Shown here: piece by piece, positions 38,525 to 55,000 of the stretch
Layout of the letters: every line of letters begins with the position of its first letter
Numbering within the stretch: position 1 is the first letter of the stretch
DNA from: Candidatus Krumholzibacteriota bacterium
GTDB lineage: Bacteria > Krumholzibacteriota > Krumholzibacteriia > JAJRXK01
Direction of reading: 5' to 3'
DNA: 64,000 nucleotides
Assembly: GCA_963764625.1 (NCBI GenBank)
Contig: CAVXTH010000008.1
Location: 32,001 to 96,000, forward strand
Position numbers and translations under genes: made by a program
The notes under the pieces: model-generated
Told to the model about the DNA's origin: nothing
The model's input: the letters and a program-made list of their open reading frames with translations, nothing else
Database searches by the model: none

Positions 38525-39421
38525 GTGAGTAGCACCCCTCATTCCGATCCCCCTTCCCCGCCGTCCAGCCAGACGCGGCAGGACACGACACTCTCCTCCG
38601 AGCAGGAGCGTGACGCCTGGCGCAGGGTCTATCCGGTGGGTCGGGAGTTTCTCCCCACCTGGAGCGTGTTGGACGGGCACTACCGCTGTCGTTTCGCGAC
38701 GAATGCCGAGGAACTCGATCGAGTTCTGAGGTTGCGCTACGAAGTCTTCAACCTCGAACTCGGGGAGGGACTGGACGAAAGTCACGCCACCGGGCTCGAC
38801 CGGGATCGCTTCGACGACCACTGCCACCACATGATTGTCGAGGATCTCGACACCATGGCGACCGTGGGAACCTACCGGCTCCAGGTGGCACAGATGGCGA
38901 GCGTGGGGCGCGGTTTCTACACGGCCCAGGAATACGACATGCGATCGTGGCCGGCGGACATCCTGGAGCAAGCAGTGGAGACCGGGCGCGCGTGCATCCA
39001 CAAGGATCATCGCAAGAGCAAAGTCCTCCAGCTTTTGTGGAAGGGACTGGCCGCGTATGCCCTCCACAACCGCCGGCGCTATTTCTTCGGGTGCTGTTCC
39101 CTGACGAGCCAGGATCCGGCCGAAGGCGCTCGGATGCTCGAATACCTGCGTCAACACGGGCATCTGCATCCCGCGATTCGCACCCAAGCCCATCCCGCCT
39201 TTGCCTGTCACGAGGAAAACGAATCGGCGGAGGGCTGGGAGCAGTCGCGGATTCCTCCGCTCTTCCGTACTTATCTGAGGTACGGAGCTCGTATCTGCAG
39301 CCAGCCCGCCCTGGACCGGCAATTCAAGACGATCGATTTTTTGGCCCTGATCGATCTGACCGAGGTGGATCTGGTGAGAGTGCTGCGACTCACTGAAATC
39401 GATCTCGACACCCGGGTATGA
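38525..39421 (+). CDS. OlsB-like N-acyl amino acid synthase (GNAT, Acetyltransf_5-like)
   Basis: LRLRYEVF..ELG, DRDRFDD.CHH, VGTYRL, ETGRACIH..HR, LLWKGL, FGCCSL, PPLFRTYLRYGA.IC..PA.D..F.TID. Confidence 0.88.
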   Translation: MSSTPHSDPPSPPSSQTRQDTTLSSEQERDAWRRVYPVGREFLPTWSVLDGHYRCRFATNAEELDRVLRLRYEVFNLELGEGLDESHATGLDRDRFDDHCHHMIVEDLDTMATVGTYRLQVAQMASVGRGFYTAQEYDMRSWPADILEQAVETGRACIHKDHRKSKVLQLLWKGLAAYALHNRRRYFFGCCSLTSQDPAEGARMLEYLRQHGHLHPAIRTQAHPAFACHEENESAEGWEQSRIPPLFRTYLRYGARICSQPALDRQFKTIDFLALIDLTEVDLVRVLRLTEIDLDTRV

Positions 39422-40188
39422 AGCATCTGCGCGCGATTCTTCGCTTTGTTGGACTCGCTTCGTGGACTCTTTGCGTCTTTGCCGTCTTCTTTGCCTTGCG
39501 CTTCATCTTGATGGCGTGGCAGAGCGCGGTCGTGAAGCTGAAAGTCGTCACTTTCAGAGTCTGGGCCAAGGGAACAGCGGTGATCTGCGGCATGCGGATT
39601 AGCCGGGAGGGCACCCCTCCCAAACCGCCCTTCGTTCTGGTGAGCAACCATCTCAGCTACATGGACATCGTACTCCTGGCCACACAACTGGAAGCCTTTT
39701 TCATATCCAAGGCCGAAGTCGCGCACTGGCCAGGCATTGGTTTTCTCGCCCGCCAGTTGAGCACGATTTTCGTGGATCGCGAGGATCGGGGAGACCTCCA
39801 CCGGGTCCTGGATCTCATCGAGGATGCTCTGCACTCCGGGGTTGGAGTCGTGTTCTTTCCCGAAGGAACGAGCAGCGATGGCTCGGACGTGATGCACTTC
39901 AAGTCCTCACTCTTCGACGTTCCGCTGCGACTGGGATACCCAGTCTATGCCGCCGCCATCCGATACGAAGCCCGCGAGGGCTGGATGCCGGCTTCGCAGT
40001 CCATTTGCTGGTGGGGCGACATGACCTTTCCCGACCATCTCTACCGAATGTTGGGGATGCCCAGCTTCTACGCCCACGTCGTCTTCGGTGAAGGCGTGGC
40101 CCACCGCCAGACCCGGCGAGAGTTCGCCGACGCTCTCCACCTGGCGGTGAAGAAAGGCTTCGCGCCCGCGCAGAGGGTTCGGGGATGA
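39418..40188 (+). CDS. OlsA/PlsC-like acyltransferase
   Basis: NHLSYMD, FISKAEV..WP.IG, FPEGTSSDG, CWWGDM.F..HL; ATGA overlap with the upstream gene. Confidence 0.92.
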   Translation: MKHLRAILRFVGLASWTLCVFAVFFALRFILMAWQSAVVKLKVVTFRVWAKGTAVICGMRISREGTPPKPPFVLVSNHLSYMDIVLLATQLEAFFISKAEVAHWPGIGFLARQLSTIFVDREDRGDLHRVLDLIEDALHSGVGVVFFPEGTSSDGSDVMHFKSSLFDVPLRLGYPVYAAAIRYEAREGWMPASQSICWWGDMTFPDHLYRMLGMPSFYAHVVFGEGVAHRQTRREFADALHLAVKKGFAPAQRVRG

Positions 40189-42809
40189 CGTCCTTCCTCC
40201 GGGGTCATCCAAAGCGCTGGCTTCTTTTGGTCTATCTCTTTCTCCTCCTCACCTCTCATGTCTACCAGTGGCTTTCCCACTCTCGCTTACCGATTCCACC
40301 CAACTGCTCGCAATTTTCGGCCCACGCCGTGAGAGACACGACGCGCCGGGCCGATCGCCCAGTGTGGCTGGTGTACAAGGATCTTTCGCCCGAGAATGGG
40401 GCCACATCGAAGATCCCGGTTCTCCTCCTTCATGGTTCGCCGGGGAGCCTGCGAGACTTTGAAGAGCTGGAGAAGCTGCTAGCCAGGGACCGGCGGGTGA
40501 TTGCACCCAGCTTTCCGGGATTTGGGCGCTCGCAACGAGACGTTCCCGACTATTCCACCCGAGCCGATGCCGACTATTGCCTTCAGCTGCTCGATGGGCT
40601 GGGGATACAGCGCGTCCATCTGGTGGCGTTCTCCATGGGGGGAGGAGTCGCGCTCAATTTCTACGATCGCGCCCCCCGGCGCGCGGCCTCGCTTTCGATG
40701 GTGGGATCGATCGGAGTCCAAGAACTCGAGCTCTTGGGAAACTACGAGCTCAATCACATCATCCATGGAATCCAGCTCGTGTTCCTCTGGGGACTGGAGG
40801 AATTGACGCCGCACTTCGGATGGTTCGACGACAACGTGTTGAGCGTGGCCTACGCCAGGAATTTCTTCGACACCGACCAACGTCCGTTCCGCGGGATCCT
40901 TCGCCGCTTTCAGCCCCCGGTTCTCATCATTCACGCCCGGAACGATTCGCTGGTGCCCTTTGCCGCGGCCCGCGAACATCACCGGCTGGTACCGCAGAGC
41001 GAACTCGACGTCTTTCCGTCCGGGAATCACTTCATTCTGTGGAGCGCGGGTCAACGCATTGCCTCCGACCTGGACCGATTCTTCGACGAGGTCGAAGCCG
41101 GCAAGGCCCTCACCCGCAAGCTCGCCACTCCCGAGCGAATCGCGGCCGCCGCAGAGCCCTTCTCGAAAGTGGAAGTGCAGCCGGCAGAGGGGCTGTCGTT
41201 GTTCATCCTTCTCTTGCTCATTGTGATCGGCACGTTCATCACCGAAGACATCACCTGCATTACCACCGGACTCTTGATCGCTCACGGACGACTGCCGCTG
41301 GCGGCCGGGTTCTCGGCCTGCTTTCTGGGCATCTACCTGGGGGATCAGCTTCTCTATCTCGCGGGTCGAGTACTCGGGCGTTCGGCGGTACACCGCGCAC
41401 CCTGGAAGTGGATCGTCCACGAGGAGGATCTACGTCTGGCGGCAAGCTGGTTCGAGCGCCGGGGCATGATGGTGATCCTTTTGAGCCGCTTCATTCCCGG
41501 CACGAGACTCCCCACCTATCTTTTGGCGGGAGCAGTGCGCGCGCGCTACTGGCTCTTCGCTCTCTATTTTTTTGTCGCGGTGGCTCTGTGGACCCCATTG
41601 CTGTTGGGACTCACCCTGGTCATCGGCGAACGGGCCACGCCCCTGTGGGCTCAATTCGAGCACAATGCGTTCTGGGTGCTCGTGTTGACCTTGCTGACCG
41701 TGATGGTGTTCCTGCGGGGAGTCATTCCAGCCTTCACCCACCGCGGCCGGCGACTTCTGCTGGGACGTTGGCGTCGTCTTACTCGATCGGAGTTCTGGCC
41801 TCCGTGGGCCATCTATCCGCCGGTCGCGCTCAAGATTCTCGCGCTCAGCGTCCACAGAGGAGGATTCACGCGCGTCACCGCGGTGAATCCGGCCATCCAC
41901 CTGGGTGGTCTGGTGGGAGAGAGCAAGGGGAAGATTCTGCGTGGGCTCTCCCAAAGCGCCGAGTACGTGGCCACCACGCGCGCTCTTTTCCACTCGCTCA
42001 CTCGCGAGCAATTGCTGGAGCAGGCACGCGCGTTCATGGCGGAGGAGGCACTGGACTTCCCCATCGTTCTCAAGCCCGACCGCGGGCAGCGGGGTCGGCA
42101 CGTGTTCATCGTGCGGTCTTTGGAGGAACTCGATGAGAGGCTCACCGAGGCGAGCGCTTCCTCGAAGAGAGAGGATCTCTTGCTCCAGGAGTACGTGGCC
42201 GGACCGGAATACGGGGTGTTCTACCGGCGCTTCCCGGGACAGGAACACGGGGAAGTCCTCTCGATCACCGAAAAGCGAATGCCACGGTTGGACGGGGACG
42301 GCAAGCGCCGGCTCGAGGAACTCATCCTCGATGACAAGAGAGCGGTGTGCATGGCACGGGCGTATATGACCGGTCTCGCCGACCGGCTCTTCGAGGTCAT
42401 TCCCGCCGGGGAATCGATTCAACTCGTCGAGCTGGGATCGCACTGCCGGGGCGCGATCTTCCTCGATGGAGGGCACTTACTGAGCCGCGAGCTGCAAGAG
42501 CGTATCGATCTCATCGCACGGCGCTTCGAGGGCTTCTACTTCGGGCGTTTCGATCTCCGCGCAGAGAGCGAGGAGGCCCTGCGAGAAGGCCGGGATTTCA
42601 AGATCCTCGAGCTCAACGGACTCACGGGGGAAGCCACCCACTTCTATGATCCCCGGTATTCCGTGCTGGAAGCCTGGCGGGTATTGACGCGTCAGTGGGC
42701 CGATGCCTTCGCCATCGCCGATGCGAACATCGCGCGTGGCGCACGACCGGCCAGCCGCGGCATGGTCATCCGTGAGCTGCTTTGGTTCTTGGCACACCGC
42801 CGCGACTAG
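40185..42809 (+). CDS. alpha/beta-hydrolase + DedA/VTT + ATP-grasp fusion protein
   Basis: Hydrolase: HGSPG, AFSMGG, ND.LV, GNH. DedA: ED...ITTG, GD..LY..GR, SRFIPGTR. ATP-grasp: PIVLKPDRGQRG, LQEYV.G.EYGV, GRFD, ILELNG. Confidence 0.85.
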   Translation: MTSFLRGHPKRWLLLVYLFLLLTSHVYQWLSHSRLPIPPNCSQFSAHAVRDTTRRADRPVWLVYKDLSPENGATSKIPVLLLHGSPGSLRDFEELEKLLARDRRVIAPSFPGFGRSQRDVPDYSTRADADYCLQLLDGLGIQRVHLVAFSMGGGVALNFYDRAPRRAASLSMVGSIGVQELELLGNYELNHIIHGIQLVFLWGLEELTPHFGWFDDNVLSVAYARNFFDTDQRPFRGILRRFQPPVLIIHARNDSLVPFAAAREHHRLVPQSELDVFPSGNHFILWSAGQRIASDLDRFFDEVEAGKALTRKLATPERIAAAAEPFSKVEVQPAEGLSLFILLLLIVIGTFITEDITCITTGLLIAHGRLPLAAGFSACFLGIYLGDQLLYLAGRVLGRSAVHRAPWKWIVHEEDLRLAASWFERRGMMVILLSRFIPGTRLPTYLLAGAVRARYWLFALYFFVAVALWTPLLLGLTLVIGERATPLWAQFEHNAFWVLVLTLLTVMVFLRGVIPAFTHRGRRLLLGRWRRLTRSEFWPPWAIYPPVALKILALSVHRGGFTRVTAVNPAIHLGGLVGESKGKILRGLSQSAEYVATTRALFHSLTREQLLEQARAFMAEEALDFPIVLKPDRGQRGRHVFIVRSLEELDERLTEASASSKREDLLLQEYVAGPEYGVFYRRFPGQEHGEVLSITEKRMPRLDGDGKRRLEELILDDKRAVCMARAYMTGLADRLFEVIPAGESIQLVELGSHCRGAIFLDGGHLLSRELQERIDLIARRFEGFYFGRFDLRAESEEALREGRDFKILELNGLTGEATHFYDPRYSVLEAWRVLTRQWADAFAIADANIARGARPASRGMVIRELLWFLAHRRD

Positions 42810-44071
42810 TGATCCGACGCGAGCGAGCGATCAAAGCCCAACAGAATGATTTCGTTGTCGTCCGCTATGCCCTCTCGTTCGTGTCGACCGACGCTTTGGG
42901 GAAAGTTGTTGTCGTTGCACACGGCCAGAGTGTGATCATCGATCTTGGCGATTCCTTCGAGCGTGATGAAGGGCATGGCGAGAGTGCCATCGATCCGACT
43001 CCCCTCGACCCCGGCCGCGATCTCCATGGGGTCGGGAATGCGCAAGAGATCCGCCAGCTCGCTCTTGCGCAGGATGCCACGCGTCTTTTGGTCGAGATGT
43101 ACGAGGTAGATCTTCTTGAACCGCGCGGCCGATCCCTGCTCGTTGTCCCGCTCGAGAACCACCACGATGTTTGGGGCGATCACTGCCAGCGCTCCGATGT
43201 AGTGGCCGTGTTCTGACTGGAGGGGATAGTATTCAAACGGCGGATCCCCCACGAACTTCTCCTCGGCAGGATCGAAGCGGTAGAGTCGTAGAGTTCCCGG
43301 AGGATCATTCGCCGCGGTTTTCTCGAGCAGACCGTAGAGCACCTTGCCATCGGGGGAACCGCCCAATCCTTCGAAGCCTCCACTCGAAGGATGGTTGGCC
43401 GCATCTCCCTTCAAGAATGGGTTCTCCGGAGCTGTCACCCCCGGAGTCGGGACCGGAGCCGAGAGGAGCTCGCCCTTAGCATCCAGGTGCAAAAGAAAAG
43501 GCCCGAACTCATCGCCGACCCAGAAGCTACCGTCGGGTACCGCCACCAGCCCCTCCGGGTCGAAGTCGGCTCCGGTGAGCAAACGTCGAGCTTTGATCCG
43601 CGAATCGACGGGGTCGCTCGTTCCGGGGTAGGTCTCTCTCTCGGCAACCAACTCGAATCCGGCACGGCGGTGGGGATCGCTCAGTTCGATGACTTCCTCC
43701 ACCGAGATCGTGCCGTTCTCAAAATCCGGTCGCACATGGTAGAGCGCCAAGACGAAATCCACCGAATTCTCGCGGGTTCCAAAGCCGTTGTCGCTGAGAG
43801 CCCAGAATCCGCCTTGGGGAGCGATCTCGAGGTCCGAGAAACCCTGGACCGGCTGCTTGTCGACAAAGGGTGTGGTGATTTTGTTCTGGGAGGGGATCTT
43901 TCGCCCGCTCGTCGGGCCATCACGAAATGTGCTCGCATTCAGTACTGCACGCCCGGCCAAATGATAGGGCGGCACTTGGCCGGCGCCTTCCGGCTGGGCC
44001 TCACTCGTAGCTCTACAAAGGCTCAAAGCCGACAGGACAAGCAGAAGAACTGAAGACCGCTGCAACCGCAC
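42806..44071 (-). CDS. secreted 'esterase-like activity of phytase' family protein
   Basis: QPVQGFS, LSDNGFG, LTGADFDPE, GDEFGP, SGGFEG, ERDN, NDNNFP. Confidence 0.88.
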   Translation of the reverse strand: MRLQRSSVLLLVLSALSLCRATSEAQPEGAGQVPPYHLAGRAVLNASTFRDGPTSGRKIPSQNKITTPFVDKQPVQGFSDLEIAPQGGFWALSDNGFGTRENSVDFVLALYHVRPDFENGTISVEEVIELSDPHRRAGFELVAERETYPGTSDPVDSRIKARRLLTGADFDPEGLVAVPDGSFWVGDEFGPFLLHLDAKGELLSAPVPTPGVTAPENPFLKGDAANHPSSGGFEGLGGSPDGKVLYGLLEKTAANDPPGTLRLYRFDPAEEKFVGDPPFEYYPLQSEHGHYIGALAVIAPNIVVVLERDNEQGSAARFKKIYLVHLDQKTRGILRKSELADLLRIPDPMEIAAGVEGSRIDGTLAMPFITLEGIAKIDDHTLAVCNDNNFPQSVGRHEREGIADDNEIILLGFDRSLASDH

Positions 44072-44221
44072 GTTCGCCTCCCGGACAGAACGCTGCGAGA
44101 GTAAGCAAATTCGCGTAACGCGACAAGACTGCCCGAAACCAGACCCTCGGCCGGATGGAAGCTCGACTCCATGCCATCGGCCTCTTACACTTCTTTGTAA
44201 TCTTCAACGAAAGGCCCGACC

Positions 44222-49650
<5,429 letters not shown>

Positions 49651-49704
49651 CGGCGCGCCAAGAAAACGCGAAGGAACCAAGCCGTTGCTCCGCGCTCGTT
49701 CAAT

Positions 49705-52002
49705 CTAGGGAGTTAGACTGCAACCCTGCCCCAATGCCCCGATCTGCACCGCGCAACTATTGTTGCCCGGCAGAAGGGGCGAGCTCGAGTTCACGGTGTA
49801 GACGTCATTGTCCGGATCACAGAATTGCGGATCTTCCGAGAAGCTTCCCGCGCCAGGATCCGTGCCGGGTCCATATTCGAGCGACCCGTTGGACCAGAAG
49901 TCGTTGCAGGACAACTCGACGAAGTTCAAGTCGTTGCCGGTAAGGCCCGCGGGGGAATTGAACGCGACCACGCTCTCGGTCAGACTCATGACTCCGGAAC
50001 GGTGACCGATCGCGGCCGATCCGCCGCTGTTTTTGGTAATGGTGCATCCCACGAGCGTCAGTGATCCGCCGGGTAGGTCCTGTCGGCTGTACACGGCGGC
50101 AGGCGCGAACTGGGTGGGAGACCTGAGACTATTGTGCGCCATGACACAGTTCTCGATCCTGAGGTTCTTGGTCAGGTCCCGGGCGTAGATAGCTCCGGCC
50201 GAGGAGGATTGGTTTCGCAGGAACGAGCAATCGGAAATCACGAGGTCCTCGGCCAAATCGATCATGTAGAGCGCGCCGGCGAGGACTCCGAAATTGTCCT
50301 GCAAGACGACGCCCTGAAGCTCGAGAGTCGACTCGTTGCAATAGATGGCCCCGGCATCGCCGACGATGCCCGATCCCCCGATGTTCCCACTAAACACGGA
50401 TCCATCGGCGAAGCGCGCATGTCCTTCATAGAGATACAACCCGCCGGCTCCGCTCTGCCCGTTGTTGCCGGCAATGGTGGTATTGGTTCCTTCGAAGCTG
50501 CCGCCGTTACGAATGACCATTCCTCCGCCGGTGAGCAAGGCCAAATTTGTCTGGACCTGAAGATTCACCGCGACCGCGCTGGCGCCATCGAGCAGCAATC
50601 CCGCCCCCACCGAACTCACTTCGTTGTCGTGGATACTCGCTCCATCGACGCTGAGCGAGCTCGCGCCGTCGAACAGGGCCACCCCACCCCCGCTGACCGC
50701 GGTATTGCTACTGATCTCGGTGTCGGAATCGAGCGTCACGCTCGCTCCCATCGACGCCTTCAACCCCCCTCCGTTGGGCTCTTGGGGATCGTTTTCCAAC
50801 TCCCGACTGACCCAGTCCTTCGCATTCTCCGTCACGAGAGTTCCACTCAACTGGAGGTTCAATCCGTCACCCGCCGCGAGGATTCCATTTCTAAAAGAAG
50901 AGGAGACCTCGCACGATTCCATGCGGAAGACGTGGTCCCCGCCGGTGGATTCCGCGAAGATCCCGAACCCGTCAGTGTCGTCCTCGGTGCTGCGTTTCGT
51001 GCTGACGATTTGGCTGGAAACCAGAGAGTCCGTGGAATCGGTGCTCCAAACTCCATAGTGAATGTTGGAACCCACGGTCACGTCTTGCAGGCGAAGGGTT
51101 CCCCCGATGGTTCGGATCCCTCCCAGGCCGTTGCGAAGAACCTGATAGCTTCTGAGTTCGAGGCGACTGTCGTTGACCACCGCCCCCCACTCGGTTCCAT
51201 CTCTGATTTCGGAGAGCGTGGTGATACCTTCTCCAGAAAGTGCGAGATTGCTTCCCGACTCCAGCCAAATGCCCGCCGCGACATTGGTGTAGAATCCCGT
51301 ACGTTGCACGCTCCCGCTCGCGCCATCGGTAAGGGCTAGCCCCACCTGGTTGTCTTCGAAAAATATCGAAGCCGCGCTCAGCACCGACCCCTGGCACCAA
51401 AGACCCGCCGTCATGGCCGCCGGAGTCATTCCGTCCTGACTCAGACCGTTGCGCCGGAAGAAGCACTGCCACAGCACAACCTCGCCACCGGCGGGTACCT
51501 TGGCCGGTCCGCCGCCGACACGCACTCCGAAGCTGGCGTTGTCCATAATATCGCACTTGCGCATCACCAGCGGCACCGCCGAGGTTTCGACGATCATGCC
51601 CTCGCGCGCCCCATTGAAGCCGAAGCCCTCGAAGATCAGACTGTCGGAGGCGCTGAAGCTACCCGAAACCTGGACCACCACCGAGGTCGAGTCGGAACCA
51701 TTGGTGAGGATCGTGTGTTCCTTCCCGGCGCTGGAGAGGAAGTGGAGGGGTTTGTCGATGACGAGGGTTCCGTCGTATTGGCCCGGGAGAACAACGATGA
51801 TGTAACCGGCTTGCGCCTGCGCTACTGCCTGGGACAAAGGAGCCATCGTTCCCATGCTGTCAGGATAAACCGTGAGGTCGCCCTGTGGAATCACGTTCGG
51901 CAACGGATCGGTCGTGCCGCCATCCTGAGATGAGCAGCCAGCAACCGCCATCACGAACGCGAACAGCAAGATGGAAACCCATGATTGTACCGCTGTCTTC
52001 AT
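49705..52002 (-). CDS. right-handed parallel beta-helix repeat lipoprotein
   Basis: Lipobox VAGC; repeated N...GG(A/G)(I/L) beta-helix units; C-terminal DPQFCD...SSPLLPGNNSC...IGALGQGC. Confidence 0.85.
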   Translation of the reverse strand: MKTAVQSWVSILLFAFVMAVAGCSSQDGGTTDPLPNVIPQGDLTVYPDSMGTMAPLSQAVAQAQAGYIIVVLPGQYDGTLVIDKPLHFLSSAGKEHTILTNGSDSTSVVVQVSGSFSASDSLIFEGFGFNGAREGMIVETSAVPLVMRKCDIMDNASFGVRVGGGPAKVPAGGEVVLWQCFFRRNGLSQDGMTPAAMTAGLWCQGSVLSAASIFFEDNQVGLALTDGASGSVQRTGFYTNVAAGIWLESGSNLALSGEGITTLSEIRDGTEWGAVVNDSRLELRSYQVLRNGLGGIRTIGGTLRLQDVTVGSNIHYGVWSTDSTDSLVSSQIVSTKRSTEDDTDGFGIFAESTGGDHVFRMESCEVSSSFRNGILAAGDGLNLQLSGTLVTENAKDWVSRELENDPQEPNGGGLKASMGASVTLDSDTEISSNTAVSGGGVALFDGASSLSVDGASIHDNEVSSVGAGLLLDGASAVAVNLQVQTNLALLTGGGMVIRNGGSFEGTNTTIAGNNGQSGAGGLYLYEGHARFADGSVFSGNIGGSGIVGDAGAIYCNESTLELQGVVLQDNFGVLAGALYMIDLAEDLVISDCSFLRNQSSSAGAIYARDLTKNLRIENCVMAHNSLRSPTQFAPAAVYSRQDLPGGSLTLVGCTITKNSGGSAAIGHRSGVMSLTESVVAFNSPAGLTGNDLNFVELSCNDFWSNGSLEYGPGTDPGAGSFSEDPQFCDPDNDVYTVNSSSPLLPGNNSCAVQIGALGQGCSLTP

Positions 52003-52060
52003 CGAACCACTCCTGAATACGATCGTTGACACTTTGGATCGTTCCACTACTTCACCGAAA

Positions 52061-55000
52061 CTACTTCACCAGGACCATCTTGCGTTGGCCTGCGACTTCA
52101 CCATTGACCACCAGGCGATAGAGGTACACGCCGGCTGACACCACTCCCCCGTCATCATCGCGTCCGTTCCATACGGCCCGCTGAGAACCGGGCGGCAGCT
52201 TTTCGTTCACCAACGACGCCACTTTGCGCCCCCGGACATCGAAGACGCTCAACTGAACGGCCCCGCCCACTGGAAGATCGTAACGAATCACCGTCTTGGG
52301 ATTGAACGGATTGGGATAATTCTGAGCGAGAAGCGGAGCGACGGTGGGAGGGATCGAGGGAGCGTCCGTCGCCTGCTGCTTCGCAACCGACCCGTCGCGC
52401 AGGAAGAACACATTCACCAGTGCATTCGTCTGATCGATGATCGCCAGGTCCAACTTCCCGTCGCGGGAAACGTCTCCAATGGCGACGTCGGTGGCGAGAT
52501 CTCCCGCCAGATAGAGCGCCGCGTCGCCGAAGGTGCCATCACCGACACCGTCCCGCACCGATACCCCGCCCCACGCCGAGATCACGGTGATCAGATCGAG
52601 GTGCGTGTCGTTCGTGAGATCCGCCAGATAGACCTTCTTGGGCAGCAAGGGATATCCGGTGACTCGGCGGCCGGCCGCGTAGGTCGAACCCTCTTGAAAA
52701 GTGCCATCTCCGTTGCCAAGGTAGATGACCACGTCCTCCTGGCTTGCGCGCACGATCGCAATATCGTCGAAGTTGTCTTCATTCATGTCGCCACACGCCA
52801 CCGCCACCGGTTGGCCGTCGACCTGGAACACGTTGCTGACCGGCCGATCGGTACTAACGAAACTGTGATTCGGATCGTTGAGGAAGATGTTCACGTCGCC
52901 CGTCGCGCTGTTGATCGAAACCAGATCGGCTTCCCCGTCAGCATTGAAATCGCCCACCGCAATCGCTCCGGCGCCGGGAACACCGCCTCGGCCGCCTTTG
53001 TAGGCAAACGCGCGTCCCGCGCCAACCGCCTGCGTGGAATCATCCGGCGCTCCGACGACCCAGTCGCTATAGCCATCCTGGTTGAGATCCCCGCCTCCGG
53101 CGATCACCGCGCCGAAACTGGCTCCGGGGATCTTCCCCGAGGCGATGGTAACCGTGCCGCTGACGTTGGTCGATCCGCCAGCGAGCAGATAAACGCGCCC
53201 GTACTCGTTGCGTTCTGGACTGCCGACGAGCTGGAACTGATAGCCCGGAGTCCCGATCAGAACATCGTTGCGGTCGCTCTCCTTGGGATGTCCAGCTGCG
53301 GCCACGCTCGTACCGAAGAGAGCGTTCGTCTGGGGGCCGCTGATTTGGATACTCGCGGTGCCAACCGCCGCAGGCCCACCGAAGTAGAAGAGGACAGCCC
53401 CAAAGTTTTGCCCTCCGGGCGAATCGTATCGGGGGGCACCGGCCGCGATGTCATCGATGCCGTCTCCGTTGTAGTCCCCGATTCCCGCCACGGATGCCCC
53501 CAGCCCCGCGGTGGCGGACGGCCCGTCTCCCGCGAGGAACGGAATGTTGCTCGAGCTCCCGCCGGCAAAGACGTAGACCCTGCCGGCTTGGATCTGGGTC
53601 TCCCCGTGGTGCGGAGCCCCGACGACCAGGTCCTCAATACCGTCCGCACTGAAGTCCCCCGCCGCGCCAACACTGGCGCCAAATTGATCTCCGGCCGCCT
53701 CACCATCCAGGACGAGATCGGCGGACCCGTCGAAGCCGCCCCCGTAGAAGAGGTAGCAACGTCCCGCGTCGGCCCCGACTCCGTCGTAACTCGGAGAACC
53801 GGTGACCCAATCGTCGATGCCGTCGTCGTTGTAATCCAATCCCGATGCAAGACTGGATCCCATGGCCTCGCCGTCTTGTGAGCCACCGACGGAGAGATCG
53901 GGAGTGACGTCCTCGTTACCGCGATAGAGATAGACCATACCCCCATTTGGCGCGCCGCTGTTGTTGTCCGGCGCGCCGATGAGAATGTCATCGTTGCCGT
54001 CGTTATCGATATCTCCAAAGGCAACCGCGGCTCCAAACCTCTCGCCGGCCTGAGGACCGACGAAGGTCAGGTCCGCAATCGAATCCAGCACCGCCGCGCC
54101 ATAGTAGAGGCGCACCGTGTTCTCGCCGGGAAAGCCCACGAGCACATCGCTGAAGCCGTCGTTGTTCGCATCACCGATGGCGACCGAACGTCCAGCTTCG
54201 GCCGAAGGGACTCCGTTGGAGTAGCCTGCGTCGCTGTCTCCGTTCACATCTGTTTGATCGATCGCGAGCTGAATGTCCTTCCTGTAGCTTCCGGTAGTGA
54301 CGGTCGGGCCCATCATCATGCGGATGAGGTCCAGCCGTCCGACATCAGAGCTGAAACTGATGATGTCATCCACTCCGTCGCGATCGAAATCAGCCACGAC
54401 GACGTCACGAGGCTTTTGTACCTGAAGACGAACTGGGATGGCGAGAAGCGAATTATTCGCCGGATCGGGACCGAAAATGCTCACGAAATTGCTGGCGGAG
54501 TTCACGGCAACGACCGAAGGAAGCTGGTTCGTCGTGAAGTGACCCAATGCCATCGCTTCGGGCACCACGTTGGTGTTTCCCGAATACGTAGTGTCGTTGA
54601 ACCAGACCGGACCGGGTCGACCCTTGCGTACGGTGACGGCGCTCGCGTTGACGTCCAGGGTCAGGAGGTCCATGTAGCTGTCGCCGTTGAGATCGGCCAG
54701 GAGAGCCCGAATGGGTTTCGGGCCCGTGCTAAAGCGCAAAGGCGAGAAGCCCCCGGCGGCAGCGCCGCTCGTACCCAAGCCGTTGAGAATCACGATGCCG
54801 TGACTCCAGTGCGCGGCCACCGCGATGTCGGCGAACCCGTCGCCGTCGATCTGAGCGGGAACAACCCGCATCGGGCGGAATCCCGCGAAATAGAGCGATT
54901 GGTTGCCGTAGGTTCCCACACTGTTGCCGACACTCACTCCCACCTGATTCTTCGCCTCGAGGGCGTACACGAGATCGAGGTTAGTGTCGGGGGTCATGAT

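Noticed and set aside
35619-44199. Identical 12-mer CACTTCTTTGTA at 35619 and 44188 in intergenic DNA
   Set aside because: Roughly one such match is expected by chance across all intergenic sequence, and the flanking genes are unrelated.
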